Of a stretch of DNA of 64,000 nucleotides, positions 1 to 9,713 are shown piece by piece; position 1 is the stretch's first letter, and each line of letters opens with the position of its first letter. The notes under the pieces were generated by a model. It was not told where the DNA came from. It searched no databases and saw nothing but the letters and a program-made list of their open reading frames with translations. The stretch lies in NCBI GenBank assembly GCA_043803165.1, contig JAZDKI010000021.1:5576-69575 (forward strand). The letters are read 5' to 3'. The stretch is from Candidatus Micrarchaeota archaeon (GTDB lineage: Archaea > Micrarchaeota > Micrarchaeia > Anstonellales > Bilamarchaeaceae). The position numbers and the translations under genes are program-made.

Positions 1-84
1 GGGCGGGCAGAAGCGGATGAAGCGCTTCTCGTCCGCCAGGGGGACTCCGCCGTCTATCGCAGGTTTTTCCATAGGATCGACCAT
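1..84 (-). CDS. 5' end of a probable DegT/DnrJ-family sugar aminotransferase (runs off the window)
   Basis: GGAGG RBS, then ATG at 84; reads MVDPMEKPAIDGGVPLADEKRFIRFCRP, a typical DegT N-terminus. Confidence 0.5.
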   Translation of the reverse strand, partial: MVDPMEKPAIDGGVPLADEKRFIRFCPP

Positions 85-99
85 CTGCCTCCGCTTCGG

Positions 100-1788
100 C
101 TAATGGAACCACTTGTGGTACCAGATATGCGCTGAAACTATCTTAAATCCGCTTTTCTGGTACAGCCGTTGCGCCGCGATGTTCCTGCCCTGTGTGACGA
201 CTTCGACGGAGTATACGCCCCGCCCATGCATATAGTCCAGCATGGCATCGACAAGTTGCCCCCCGACCCCGCTCCCTGCATGAGCGCCTTCCACCCCTAC
301 GAGTATTATCCTCCCGAGCCGCCCCTTGTTGCTGATCTCGCCGGAGATATAGCCGACTATCTTCCCATGCAGATGCGCCACAAAGACCTTGCCGTCTTTG
401 GAGCGGAAGGTGTTTTCCAGCCATCCGCTGTAGAACTCCTCCAGCCGGGCCTTGTCGAAATTGCCGTCGAAATAGTATCTGCTTTGGACGTAGCTGGATC
501 GCGCGATCCCCTTGATCCGCTCAAGGTCGGATTCGACGCAGCCCTTAATGGCTTCTGCCCACGTCCCGCGGGGGAGGAATCCTTCCATATCCAGCTCGAA
601 CCGGACCCGGATGTCCGTGAAGTGGTAGCCATGCCTCTCGGCGACCTCTACGCTGCCGGCATGGTCGCAGTCGCAGAGATAGTAGAGGCACCTCACCGAT
701 CTTTCCCTGCACCAGCGGTCTATGAAGGACGCCATCCGCTCGCTCATGCGATAGCTGGTCGCCTTGGCTATCTTGAACCCGAAGAAGCCGCTGTCCCAGT
801 CCAGGGGTTTGACGACCCGGATCAGGTCGGCGACCCGCGAGAGGCCTTCGCCATCTACTAAGCCCTGGGCCTTATGCGACATGAGAGAGCGCAGATTATG
901 GTCGCTCATGAGCCCTGACGTCCGCGATAGTATGTCTTCAGAGGAAGCCATATCCCCCATGCCGATGAATTCCGCCCCGCCCCGCTTCTGGAACCTCTTT
1001 GCGGTGACGGCCTGGTGCTCATATTGGGCGAGCACGAGCGTCGGGATCCCTGCGGCCATAGCTTCGAAAAGGGTAAGCCCGCCGTTGGTGATGGCGAGGT
1101 CTGCACCCGTCAGCATCAGCGCAAAATCCGCCGGAGCCTGGTGAAGGGAGAAGGGACGCTTGGCCGTTTTGATGAACGCCTCGAGTTCGCTCCGGAATGG
1201 ATAAACCTTCCCGACCACAAGGATGATCCCGGTCTTAGGGTCCAGCCGCTCCAGGGCCCTCGCGGTCTTGAGCGTGAGGTTCAGGTGGTCGTAGCCCCCG
1301 AAAGACACGAATATCTTCCTGCACTCCGGGCGTATCTCTTTGCGGGAGGCCCCCACCCCGGGAGGTATGACGACATACTCCGGACCGGCATAGGACGTCT
1401 TCCCATCGCCGACTATCCCGTTTATCAGGATATCCGCCATCTCCGCCCCAGGCCCCAGGTCATCCAATGACACCAGGACTCCGCAGAGGCTCCGGGCCAT
1501 CTCCATGAAAGCGAGGTCGGAATCCAGCCTGTCGACGACCAGGATGTCCGGCTTCTTATCTTCGAGTATCCTGCGGCAGCCCTCCGGGCGCTCGAACAAT
1601 TCGACCTTCCACTTGACCGTGCCTGCGAGATCCCGCGCGAAAGGATTGTCCTGCATAAGGAACGACACCGCGACATCCCCGCCTCCGATCATCGCTTCGG
1701 CAAGGCGGCTGCATCGGGCCACGTGCCCGGTGCCTATCTCGGGGGTGTTGCCCCCGTCGCAGCGGAACATCATCTTGAGCATATGCAT
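100..1788 (-). CDS. PseG/SpsG-like UDP-sugar hydrolase fused to a WecD-like GNAT sugar N-acetyltransferase
   Basis: FRCDGG..IGTGHV.RC and FVSFGG.D PseG motifs; C-terminal LDWDSGFFG, SRYYFD, VVTQGRNIAAQRLYQKSGF WecD motifs; start trimmed to the ATG after the GGAG RBS. Confidence 0.8.
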   Translation of the reverse strand: MHMLKMMFRCDGGNTPEIGTGHVARCSRLAEAMIGGGDVAVSFLMQDNPFARDLAGTVKWKVELFERPEGCRRILEDKKPDILVVDRLDSDLAFMEMARSLCGVLVSLDDLGPGAEMADILINGIVGDGKTSYAGPEYVVIPPGVGASRKEIRPECRKIFVSFGGYDHLNLTLKTARALERLDPKTGIILVVGKVYPFRSELEAFIKTAKRPFSLHQAPADFALMLTGADLAITNGGLTLFEAMAAGIPTLVLAQYEHQAVTAKRFQKRGGAEFIGMGDMASSEDILSRTSGLMSDHNLRSLMSHKAQGLVDGEGLSRVADLIRVVKPLDWDSGFFGFKIAKATSYRMSERMASFIDRWCRERSVRCLYYLCDCDHAGSVEVAERHGYHFTDIRVRFELDMEGFLPRGTWAEAIKGCVESDLERIKGIARSSYVQSRYYFDGNFDKARLEEFYSGWLENTFRSKDGKVFVAHLHGKIVGYISGEISNKGRLGRIILVGVEGAHAGSGVGGQLVDAMLDYMHGRGVYSVEVVTQGRNIAAQRLYQKSGFKIVSAHIWYHKWFH

Positions 1789-1837
1789 GACAATCTCCTG
1801 GAAAGATATTTTATATCGTTCGGACCTGAATCCGCTC

Positions 1838-2617
1838 ATGGATGTCATAGATTCTTTCAGGCTGGACGGCTTGGTGGTCGTGGTGACCGGCGCCGCTGGC
1901 CAGGTCGGCGACCAGCTCACGAAGGCGTATTCCGAGGCGGGGGCCCATGTCGCCCTGACCGATCTGGATATGGATGGATGCACGAAACGCGCGAAGGCGC
2001 TTTCCAAAAACGGGAAGGAGTGCATGGCCCTTGCGATGGATATCACGGACAAGAGGTCGGTGGAGAAAGCGCTGGAGGAGGTCGTCAAGAGGTTCGGCAG
2101 GGCCGATATCCTAATCAACAACGCGGGCATAGGGGTTTTTTCGCCCTTCGAAGACAGGACTTCCGAGGAGTTCGAGAGGGCGATGAGGATAAACCTCCTG
2201 GGGACGTTCCTTTGCTCCCAGGTGTTCTCCGCCCAGATGAAGAAGCAGAAGGGCGGGTCGATAATCAATATCGGTTCGGTGTATGGGGTGACGACTGCGG
2301 ACTATCGCATCTATGGCGACTCCGGCAGGAACAGCTCCGAGGTCTATGCCGCGACAAAGGCGGGCGTCATCCATATGACGCGCTACCTCGCGGTGTACCT
2401 GGCCAGGTATGGGATCAGGGTGAACTGCATATCGCCCGGCGGCCTTTTCAACAACCAGGCGCCCGGGTTCGTGAAGAATTATGAATACAAGACGCCCTTG
2501 GGGCGGATGGCGGATGAGACGGACCTGAAGGGAGCTGCGGTGTTTTTGGCGTCTCCGGCAGCCAAGTACATAACCGGACAGAATATCATCGTCGACGGCG
2601 GATTCTCCCTCATCTAA
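1838..2617 (+). CDS. SDR oxidoreductase (PtmA-like, nonulosonate-cluster type)
   Basis: TGAAGQVG, NNAG, YAATK, NCISPGG motifs. Confidence 0.85.
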   Translation: MDVIDSFRLDGLVVVVTGAAGQVGDQLTKAYSEAGAHVALTDLDMDGCTKRAKALSKNGKECMALAMDITDKRSVEKALEEVVKRFGRADILINNAGIGVFSPFEDRTSEEFERAMRINLLGTFLCSQVFSAQMKKQKGGSIINIGSVYGVTTADYRIYGDSGRNSSEVYAATKAGVIHMTRYLAVYLARYGIRVNCISPGGLFNNQAPGFVKNYEYKTPLGRMADETDLKGAAVFLASPAAKYITGQNIIVDGGFSLI

Positions 2618-2624
2618 GGACTGG

Positions 2625-4505
2625 TCAGACTTCGATGCTGCGCCCGTCGCCCAATATCAACGGCTTTATGATCTCGCGGGCGCCCTTCCCCCTGACCGTG
2701 CAGCCGCTCCCTATGATGCTGTCGGTTATCCTTCCTGCGCCTTCTATGACCGCCTTGTCGAAAACCATGGAGAACTCGATGCTCGTCCTGCTGATCCTCG
2801 CCCCGTCTGCGACCGATGTGTAGGGTCCGATAAGGCAGTCCGGCCCGATGACGCAGCCTTCGCCTATCGAGACGGGCCCGCGGATCTCGGTGTTCTCCAG
2901 GATACTGCTCCCGCGACCGATCCGGACCCGACCGAATATCTTCGCCGATGGCGCCCTGCCGCCCTCGTTGAATGTGTCCTTCATATGGTCGAGCATCAGG
3001 CCGTTGGCCAGAAGCAGGGACTGCGGCTTCCCTGTGTCGTGCCACCAGTCTTTCACGAATTCCACCGAGACCGGTTTTGAAGACGAGATCAGGGCCTGTA
3101 TGGCGTCGGTGATCTCCAGCTCCCCCCTCGGCGAGGGCTTGATCTTCGATATCGCATCGAATACCGATGAGCGGAACGCATAGATGCCGACTATCGCGAA
3201 GTTGCTCTTCGGCTTCTCGGGCTTCTCCACCAGCCGGATGGGCCTCCGCTTGTCGTCCAGCTCGACCACCCCGAAGCGGGTCGGATCGTCCACCGTGGTG
3301 AGCATCAGCCGGGCGTCATCCGATGATGATGCGAATGCCGATACGAAGCCGGCGATCCCGCCGCTGAGCAGATTGTCGCCCAGATAGAGGATGAACGGGG
3401 ACCCTCCGATGAAGCCTTGGGCGCAGCGCACCGCGTGCGCGAGCCCGAGGGGCTCGGGCTGGACGATATACGTCACCTTCACCTTCCAGCGCGAACCGTC
3501 GCCGACGGCTTCCTTTATCGGAGTTCCGGCAGGGCTGATCACGATCCCGATGTCGGTGATGCCGGCGTTTATCAGGTCGTCGAGGACATACATTATCATC
3601 GGCTTGTTGGCGACCGGCACCAGGGGCTTGAGGCGGTTGTCGGTTATCGGCTTGAGGCCGGTCCCCCGCCCGGCCGCCAGTATCAGGCCCTTCATGCCAT
3701 GGATCTTCTCGGCGTTCCTGAAATTCATGTACGCGGTCTCGATATCCCCGATTCGGCTGGGGCTCCCGTCAAAAAGGTATGAGAAGGGCTCCTTCTCGGC
3801 CTCCCTGATAAGCTCCTGGAACGAGATCCTGAAATGCTTTTCGCAGCTGGCTATGGTCCGGAACACGAAAAGCCTGGATGAGATGGAAAAATGCTGGCTC
3901 CTTACCTCGATTTTCGGGGTGTTTATCCGGATATCGGGGTGGGTGGAAAAAAGCAGGTCGTAGAACGCCAGGTCCCCAAGCCAGCTGTCCAAGCCGCCGA
4001 TCGATGAGCCGATGGGTTCGTAGTATCCCCTCCCCTTGATCATGAAAAGCCCGGCCTGGAGGTCGCGTACGGATGTGGCCCATTTGCGGCGCAAAAAACC
4101 GTTCTCCAGATCCTCGAGCGTCAGCCCGTCTATCGAATCCCTGGTGAATATCACGCGCTTCATGCGTTCAGGGACGGTCACGCCCTTGGGCGCCCGCTCG
4201 TATATCTTGCGGACCGCCGGGAAGATGTGCTGGTCGTTGCCGTTTGTCACTATCACGTCTTCGCATCTGTTCTTCGACGCATAATCGAGGATGATGGACC
4301 AGGAGCGCCCGTGGCCCTCGGCCTTGCCTGAGTAGTGGACGACCGAATCGAAGACCGAGGCGATCTTATCCGGCACAATCTCCCCGCAGGCGGCGAGGAT
4401 CATCTTGGCCTTTGGGAACACCTTCCTCGCGTCGGAAGCCTGCCGCTCCAGTTCGGGCAGCCCTTCAGGGCTTATGAAGCTTCGTATGCCTAGAGCCAAG
4501 GTCAT
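2625..4505 (-). CDS. Glucose-1-phosphate thymidylyltransferase (long form) with an extra ~270-aa N-terminal domain
   Basis: MKGLILAAGRGT, QPEPLGLAHAV, RGELEITDA, C-terminal hexapeptide repeats. Confidence 0.8.
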   Translation of the reverse strand: MTLALGIRSFISPEGLPELERQASDARKVFPKAKMILAACGEIVPDKIASVFDSVVHYSGKAEGHGRSWSIILDYASKNRCEDVIVTNGNDQHIFPAVRKIYERAPKGVTVPERMKRVIFTRDSIDGLTLEDLENGFLRRKWATSVRDLQAGLFMIKGRGYYEPIGSSIGGLDSWLGDLAFYDLLFSTHPDIRINTPKIEVRSQHFSISSRLFVFRTIASCEKHFRISFQELIREAEKEPFSYLFDGSPSRIGDIETAYMNFRNAEKIHGMKGLILAAGRGTGLKPITDNRLKPLVPVANKPMIMYVLDDLINAGITDIGIVISPAGTPIKEAVGDGSRWKVKVTYIVQPEPLGLAHAVRCAQGFIGGSPFILYLGDNLLSGGIAGFVSAFASSSDDARLMLTTVDDPTRFGVVELDDKRRPIRLVEKPEKPKSNFAIVGIYAFRSSVFDAISKIKPSPRGELEITDAIQALISSSKPVSVEFVKDWWHDTGKPQSLLLANGLMLDHMKDTFNEGGRAPSAKIFGRVRIGRGSSILENTEIRGPVSIGEGCVIGPDCLIGPYTSVADGARISRTSIEFSMVFDKAVIEGAGRITDSIIGSGCTVRGKGAREIIKPLILGDGRSIEV

Positions 4506-5460
4506 GTGTCTTCGTCTTCCCCTCCCACCATGAGCGGTTATCCGCGTACCACTTGATCGTATCTGATATCCCGCTTTTGAAACCTATCTTCGGGGCCCAC
4601 CCGAGCGCGCGCATGCGTGAGCTGTCCAGGGCGTAGCGCGTGTCTTCGCCCGGCCTTGCCGCCTCGTGCGAGACCATGGATGCGTCCTTGCCTAAAGCGG
4701 AGAGGATCGTCCTTGCGACCTCCATCACGCTCTTCCGCTCTCCCGTGCCTATATTATATGCCGAGCCCGGGCGCCCTTTCCCAAGGACGCCGAGTATCGC
4801 GTCGCAGTTGTCGTTGACGTGTATCCATTCCCTGACCGATTCCCCGCTCCCGTATATCGGAAGCTTCTTTCCCGACAGGGCGAGCAGGACGAATTTCGGG
4901 ATCAGCTTCTCGATGTGCTGGAACGGCCCGTAATTGTTGGTCGTGCGGGTCGTTTTCACATCCATCCCATAGGTGCGGAAGAAGGCGTATGCCAGATTGT
5001 CCGCAGCCGCCTTGGACGCCGAGTACGGGCTCGAAGGGACGAGGGGGTCGGACTCCCTGCTCTCGCCTTCCTGCACATCCCCGTAAACCTCGTCTGTGGA
5101 TATCTGCAGGAAAGAGGCGTCATGCCTCCTGGCGGATTCCAGGAGCGTGAGGGTGCCGAGCACGTTGGTCTCATAGAAGAGCCTGGGATTCGTTATCGAA
5201 TAATCGACGTGGCTCTCAGCCGCGAAATTCACCACCGCGTCGCATCCGCGCATGGCCCGGTCCACCGCCGCAGGATCCCTGATGTCGCCTTTGATAAACG
5301 AGTACCGCTTGTCGCCGGATGCGCCCCCCAAATTCCTGATGTCCGCCGCGTATGTCAGGGAATCCAGCACCGAGACCTCGTTCCCCCGGTCTGCCGCCAG
5401 AGCCCGCATCACGAAATTCGAACCGATGAAACCGGCTCCGCCGGTCACGAGCGCTTTCAT
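4465..5460 (-). CDS. rfbB: dTDP-glucose 4,6-dehydratase
   Basis: TGGAGFIGSNF, FAAESHVD, STDEVYG, YSASK, NNYGP. Confidence 0.9.
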   Translation of the reverse strand: MKALVTGGAGFIGSNFVMRALAADRGNEVSVLDSLTYAADIRNLGGASGDKRYSFIKGDIRDPAAVDRAMRGCDAVVNFAAESHVDYSITNPRLFYETNVLGTLTLLESARRHDASFLQISTDEVYGDVQEGESRESDPLVPSSPYSASKAAADNLAYAFFRTYGMDVKTTRTTNNYGPFQHIEKLIPKFVLLALSGKKLPIYGSGESVREWIHVNDNCDAILGVLGKGRPGSAYNIGTGERKSVMEVARTILSALGKDASMVSHEAARPGEDTRYALDSSRMRALGWAPKIGFKSGISDTIKWYADNRSWWEGKTKTHDLGSRHTKLHKP

Positions 5461-5465
5461 CTTCC

Positions 5466-6584
5466 TCACAGGATCGTGTCCCAGGTTATCGGCTGCCAGG
5501 CCTCGATGGGCACCCTCGCGCGGGCTTTGGAGACCACAAGCTCGTGGTATCTGGGAGCCAGCCCCCGATGCGGATATGCCCCGGGCCTCAGCACGCCGAC
5601 ATTTTCGATCGTCAGCCTCTCGCCCTCGGCGATCCTCTTGGTGGAGAAGAGGCATTTGTACGCGAAATCCCTCACATAACGCTCCACTTCATAGGTCATG
5701 CGCCTGGAGCTTCCGAGCAGCAGGGGCTCGACCTGGAACCGCTTCCCGCAATTGTACCCGGCCCGGATCGCCCTCATATCAGCGACCATCTTTTTCAGCT
5801 CGTCCGGCTCGGTCGCGAATGCATGGTCCGGCCCGGGCAGCTTGCGGTCTATCGTGGTGTGTATCTCGAAAAGGTCGGCGCCGCATTTGGCGGCGGCCAT
5901 CGGCACGCGCCCGGAATCTATCTTCCCGGCCTCATCGCAGAATCCGTTGTCCGAGAACCCGACCGGCACGTCGAATGCGAGCCGCAGCGTCTCCATCACG
6001 GCCAGGTTGGCATAAGCGTATGGCGCAGGATACTTCGCTATGCAGTGCATGATGGCGAATTGCGTATGCGCGCCACGCAGCATATCGGCGGTCTCTGCGA
6101 CCTCGGCCATATCCGCGCCCCCGCATGAGAAGACCACCGGCTTCTTTTTCGTGGTCAGGTGCCTGATGAGCGGGATGTTGGTCATGTCGTAGGATGAGAC
6201 CTTGAACAGCGGCACGCCGTGGCGGTCAAGCAGGTCCACGCACGCACCGTCCACCGGGGTGGAGAAGAATATGAGGCCGTGCGCCCTGCAGTAGTCCTGC
6301 AGCTCGCCGATCCATTCCTCCGGCATCTCCAGCTTGACATGCAGATCGTATATCGGGATGTCTTTGCCCATGAGCTTGTAGGTGCCGGACCGCTCTTCCG
6401 GCATGTAGAGGGCTTTGGCGGTGAAAGTCTGGAACTTGGCGGCGTCGCAGCCGGCCGCCGCCGCTGCATCCACCATCTTCTTCGCGAGCGCCAGCTCGCC
6501 GTTGTGGTTGATGCCGATCTCAGCGATGAAGAACAGGTCTTCCCCCCTGCCGATTTTCCGGTTCCCGACCTTCAAGCTTTCCAT
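5466..6584 (-). CDS. NeuB/PseI/LegI-family nonulosonic acid synthase
   Basis: IAEIGINHNG, AKFQTF, HCIAKYPA, GPDHAFA, C-terminal SAF domain. Confidence 0.9.
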   Translation of the reverse strand: MESLKVGNRKIGRGEDLFFIAEIGINHNGELALAKKMVDAAAAAGCDAAKFQTFTAKALYMPEERSGTYKLMGKDIPIYDLHVKLEMPEEWIGELQDYCRAHGLIFFSTPVDGACVDLLDRHGVPLFKVSSYDMTNIPLIRHLTTKKKPVVFSCGGADMAEVAETADMLRGAHTQFAIMHCIAKYPAPYAYANLAVMETLRLAFDVPVGFSDNGFCDEAGKIDSGRVPMAAAKCGADLFEIHTTIDRKLPGPDHAFATEPDELKKMVADMRAIRAGYNCGKRFQVEPLLLGSSRRMTYEVERYVRDFAYKCLFSTKRIAEGERLTIENVGVLRPGAYPHRGLAPRYHELVVSKARARVPIEAWQPITWDTIL

Positions 6585-6702
6585 TGGACCAGCCGCTAGA
6601 GCATAATTCGTGATATTGTCCTGAGGTGATGATATCTTGGAAAGGACTTAAATTACTTCTGCAGGACAAGTCTTATCGATAAGGGATCAGAGGCGATGCT
6701 TC

Positions 6703-8025
6703 ATGGACAAAGGTTTGGAGCTTTGGAAAAGAGCGAAGAGGATAATGCCTGGGGGCAGCCAGCTCCTGTCAAAGCGGTCCGAGATGTTCCTTCCCGAGCG
6801 GTGGCCGTCATATTATTCTAAGGCGAAGGGCATAGATATCTGGGACCTGGACGGCAAAAGATACACGGATATGAGCATCATGAGCGTCGGGGCCTGCATC
6901 CTCGGATATGCCGATGACGATGTGAACGCCGCAGTGGTGAAGGCGGTCAGGGACGGGAGCATCTCCACGCTCAACTGCCCGGAAGAGGTGGAGCTCGCAG
7001 AGAAGCTGCTTCAGATCAACAAATGGGCTGGCGGGATAAGGTACGCGAGGACGGCGGGGGAAGCCCTCGCCATCGCGGTCAGGATCGCGAGGGCGCACAC
7101 GAAAAAAGACAAGGTGGCCTTCTGCGGGTACCACGGGTGGCATGACTGGTACCTTTCGGCGAACCTGGCGGACGAGAAGGCGCTGGACGGACACCTCTTG
7201 CCGGGCCTGTGCCCCCTGGGCGTGCCCCGCGGGCTGAAGGGGACCTCGATCCCGTTCGAATACAACAAGCCCGAACAGCTGGCCATGATCCTTGAGAAGA
7301 ACAAGGGGGAGGTCGGCACCATCGTCATGGAGCCGATGCTCCACCACCTCCCCAAGGATGGATTCTTGGACAAGGTGCGGAAGATGGCGGACGCCGCTGG
7401 CGCGGTGCTCATCGTGGACGAGGTGACCGTGGGCTGGAGGAAAAACGTCGGCGGGATGAACGCCCTGCTCGGACTCAGGCCGGATATGGCCGTGTACGGG
7501 AAGGCCATGAGCAACGGGTATCCGATGGCCGCGATAGCAGGCAGGAGCGAGGTCATGGATGCGGCCCAGGAATCGTTCATCAGCAGCACATACTGGACCG
7601 AGCGCGTCGGGCCTGCGGCGGCACTTGCCACGATCGCGAAGCTCGAGAGGGAATCGGTGCCCGCGCACCTGGTCAGGATCGGGAGGATGATAGGGGAGGG
7701 CTGGGCCAAGCTGGCTTCTGAGAAGGGGTTGGCCTTGGACGTCCTGCTCGACTTCGAGCCTCTCGTGGCTTTCGACCTCGGATACGGGGATAAGAACCAG
7801 GCCCTTGCGACATTGTACACCCAGGAGATGCTGGAGAGGGGCTACCTCGCTTCGAAGAAGGGGGTGTACGTCTCTTTCGCCCATAAGGAGGAAGACGTAT
7901 CAAGGTTCCTTGAAAAGGCTGATGAGGTCTTTGGCATCATGAAGAAGGCCGTGGATGGGGGCGATGTGGGGAAGATGCTCAAGGGGCCCATAGCCCATTC
8001 CGGATTCAAGAGGCTGACATCATGA
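6703..8025 (+). CDS. Class III PLP aminotransferase (GSA-aminomutase-like, glycan-cluster type)
   Basis: GYHGWHDW, DEVTVGWR, YGKAMSNGYP. Confidence 0.85.
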   Translation: MDKGLELWKRAKRIMPGGSQLLSKRSEMFLPERWPSYYSKAKGIDIWDLDGKRYTDMSIMSVGACILGYADDDVNAAVVKAVRDGSISTLNCPEEVELAEKLLQINKWAGGIRYARTAGEALAIAVRIARAHTKKDKVAFCGYHGWHDWYLSANLADEKALDGHLLPGLCPLGVPRGLKGTSIPFEYNKPEQLAMILEKNKGEVGTIVMEPMLHHLPKDGFLDKVRKMADAAGAVLIVDEVTVGWRKNVGGMNALLGLRPDMAVYGKAMSNGYPMAAIAGRSEVMDAAQESFISSTYWTERVGPAAALATIAKLERESVPAHLVRIGRMIGEGWAKLASEKGLALDVLLDFEPLVAFDLGYGDKNQALATLYTQEMLERGYLASKKGVYVSFAHKEEDVSRFLEKADEVFGIMKKAVDGGDVGKMLKGPIAHSGFKRLTS

Positions 8026-8690
8026 GATCTGGGGCAGTGAAGGACGCTTATTTCAATTCGTCGGAGCGCATAGAAGCGTATGAGACCTGGGAGCCGATTA
8101 ATGTCAGGTACAACCTGGACCTCTTATCCACATGCGGAATATCCGCCGCCAGAACGGTCGGCCGGAGCGTCCTGGATGTAGGATGCGGATTCGGTCTCCT
8201 GCTCAAGTCCTTTTCCGATGCAGGAGCTAGGTGCTTCGGCATAGACATATCGGAAGTGGCTATCGACCAGTGCAGGAAGAGGTTCCCGGAGATAAGGGCG
8301 GAGGTCGCCGACTGCGCGCATATGCCTTTTCCAGAGAGATTCGCGCTCATCACCTGCTTTGGCACGCTCGGCCTTGTGCAGAAAGAGAGACATGCCGAAT
8401 TTCTGAGGATGGCGCATAGGTCGCTCGAAGATGGCGGGATCCTTTTCGCTAACGCCCCTAATGCGGAGAGGCCGGGTTTCATGGATGCTTTGAGCGGAAA
8501 GGGGCGCTCGTCTTCATATGATAATGCCCGGAGGGTTAGTGAGTGGGAAGGTTTGCTCTCCGAAGCGGGCTTTCGCGATACGTCTGTTTATCCTGTTCTC
8601 AGGGTTTTGAAATCAGAGGGCATTTTCCATAAGAACGTGTTCCTCAGGCCGGGATTCGGGGACCCGATAGTCATCTTTGCGAAGCGCTGA
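8022..8690 (+). CDS. Class I SAM-dependent methyltransferase
   Basis: VLDVGCGFG motif I; ATGA overlap with the upstream gene. Confidence 0.8.
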   Translation: MRSGAVKDAYFNSSERIEAYETWEPINVRYNLDLLSTCGISAARTVGRSVLDVGCGFGLLLKSFSDAGARCFGIDISEVAIDQCRKRFPEIRAEVADCAHMPFPERFALITCFGTLGLVQKERHAEFLRMAHRSLEDGGILFANAPNAERPGFMDALSGKGRSSSYDNARRVSEWEGLLSEAGFRDTSVYPVLRVLKSEGIFHKNVFLRPGFGDPIVIFAKR

Positions 8691-9639
8691 TAAAATCCGA
8701 GCGCACGAAATCAGAGAGTGTTTTCGGTCGGACCCTGAACGATCCCTTCAGCGATTCCAGCGCATCTTCCAGCAGGCTGAGGTTCTTGGGGGATGAATAG
8801 CCGAAAGACGGGTCGCCAGGACCCATCTCAGGCTCGAAGAACTCCCAGGGATGGCACAGGAGCATGACGTGGGGTTTCTGGTCTGCGAGAATCTGGGCTT
8901 TGGCGACCCGTGTGGCTGCTGCGACGATGTCCAGCTCTTTCTTGACGATGTTGTGGGTGTTGAAGACCACGTATCTTGCGCGGAGCGAGTGGCCGAAGAC
9001 AGGTTTCGGGTCGAACGAGACGGGCACTTCCGCGAGTCCGTGCGACAATGCGGCTGCGTTCCCGCCCCCCGAATAGGACGGATATGATGAGTCGGCCGTG
9101 AAGCCTGCCTCTTTCAGGATGCCAAGCGATAGCGGATCGATCACCATGTTGGGGGCGCGGAACGATGACGGCGCCTGGAATCCGGCGGCCTTGAAAGCGG
9201 CCAGGGACTTGGAGATGAGCTCTTTGCGCTCTTTGGGGCTCGGCACCGGGTCTTTCACGAACCATGACTGGCCCCATTGCTCATGGGCATAGCCATGCAA
9301 GCCGATCTCATGACTAGCGCCAAGGGCGCGGATGTCTCCGGCCAATCTTTGGATAAGGTCCCCCTGCACGAACAGGGTGGCCTTGATCCCGTGCTTGTCG
9401 AAGAATCCTTTGGCGAGTTTTAGGAATGGGGACGCGCATCCCGCTTCGCCCTTGCCTCCGGAACCATAATCGTATTCGACATCCACGGTGAATATGAGGT
9501 CCAGCTCCGGGTTCTGCCCGAGGTCCAGGCGGTCCATCCTGGAGCGGAGCGAGTCCCATCTCAGCCGGTTGAGCGGGTAGTATAATGGAAGGCGGGGATC
9601 AGAGATGAACGATACCGCGCGCCCTAACGCATCAGGCAT
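8671..9639 (-). CDS. Polysaccharide deacetylase family protein
   Basis: TVDVE, EIGLHGYAH, FRAP, HPWEF. Confidence 0.8.
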   Translation of the reverse strand: MPDALGRAVSFISDPRLPLYYPLNRLRWDSLRSRMDRLDLGQNPELDLIFTVDVEYDYGSGGKGEAGCASPFLKLAKGFFDKHGIKATLFVQGDLIQRLAGDIRALGASHEIGLHGYAHEQWGQSWFVKDPVPSPKERKELISKSLAAFKAAGFQAPSSFRAPNMVIDPLSLGILKEAGFTADSSYPSYSGGGNAAALSHGLAEVPVSFDPKPVFGHSLRARYVVFNTHNIVKKELDIVAAATRVAKAQILADQKPHVMLLCHPWEFFEPEMGPGDPSFGYSSPKNLSLLEDALESLKGSFRVRPKTLSDFVRSDFISASQR

Positions 9640-9713
9640 GGAACACAGAGGGCAGGAATGGTTTAAAGGATGAGCGGGCGTTTCTTCTGCGGTTGGATCC
9701 GATGGCTGGGGAA

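Noticed and set aside
1789..2268. N-terminal extension of the 722-aa ORF (and of the 370-aa SDR ORF)
   Set aside because: Antisense shadow of the opposite gene; the real starts at about 1788 and 1838 flank a short divergent promoter.
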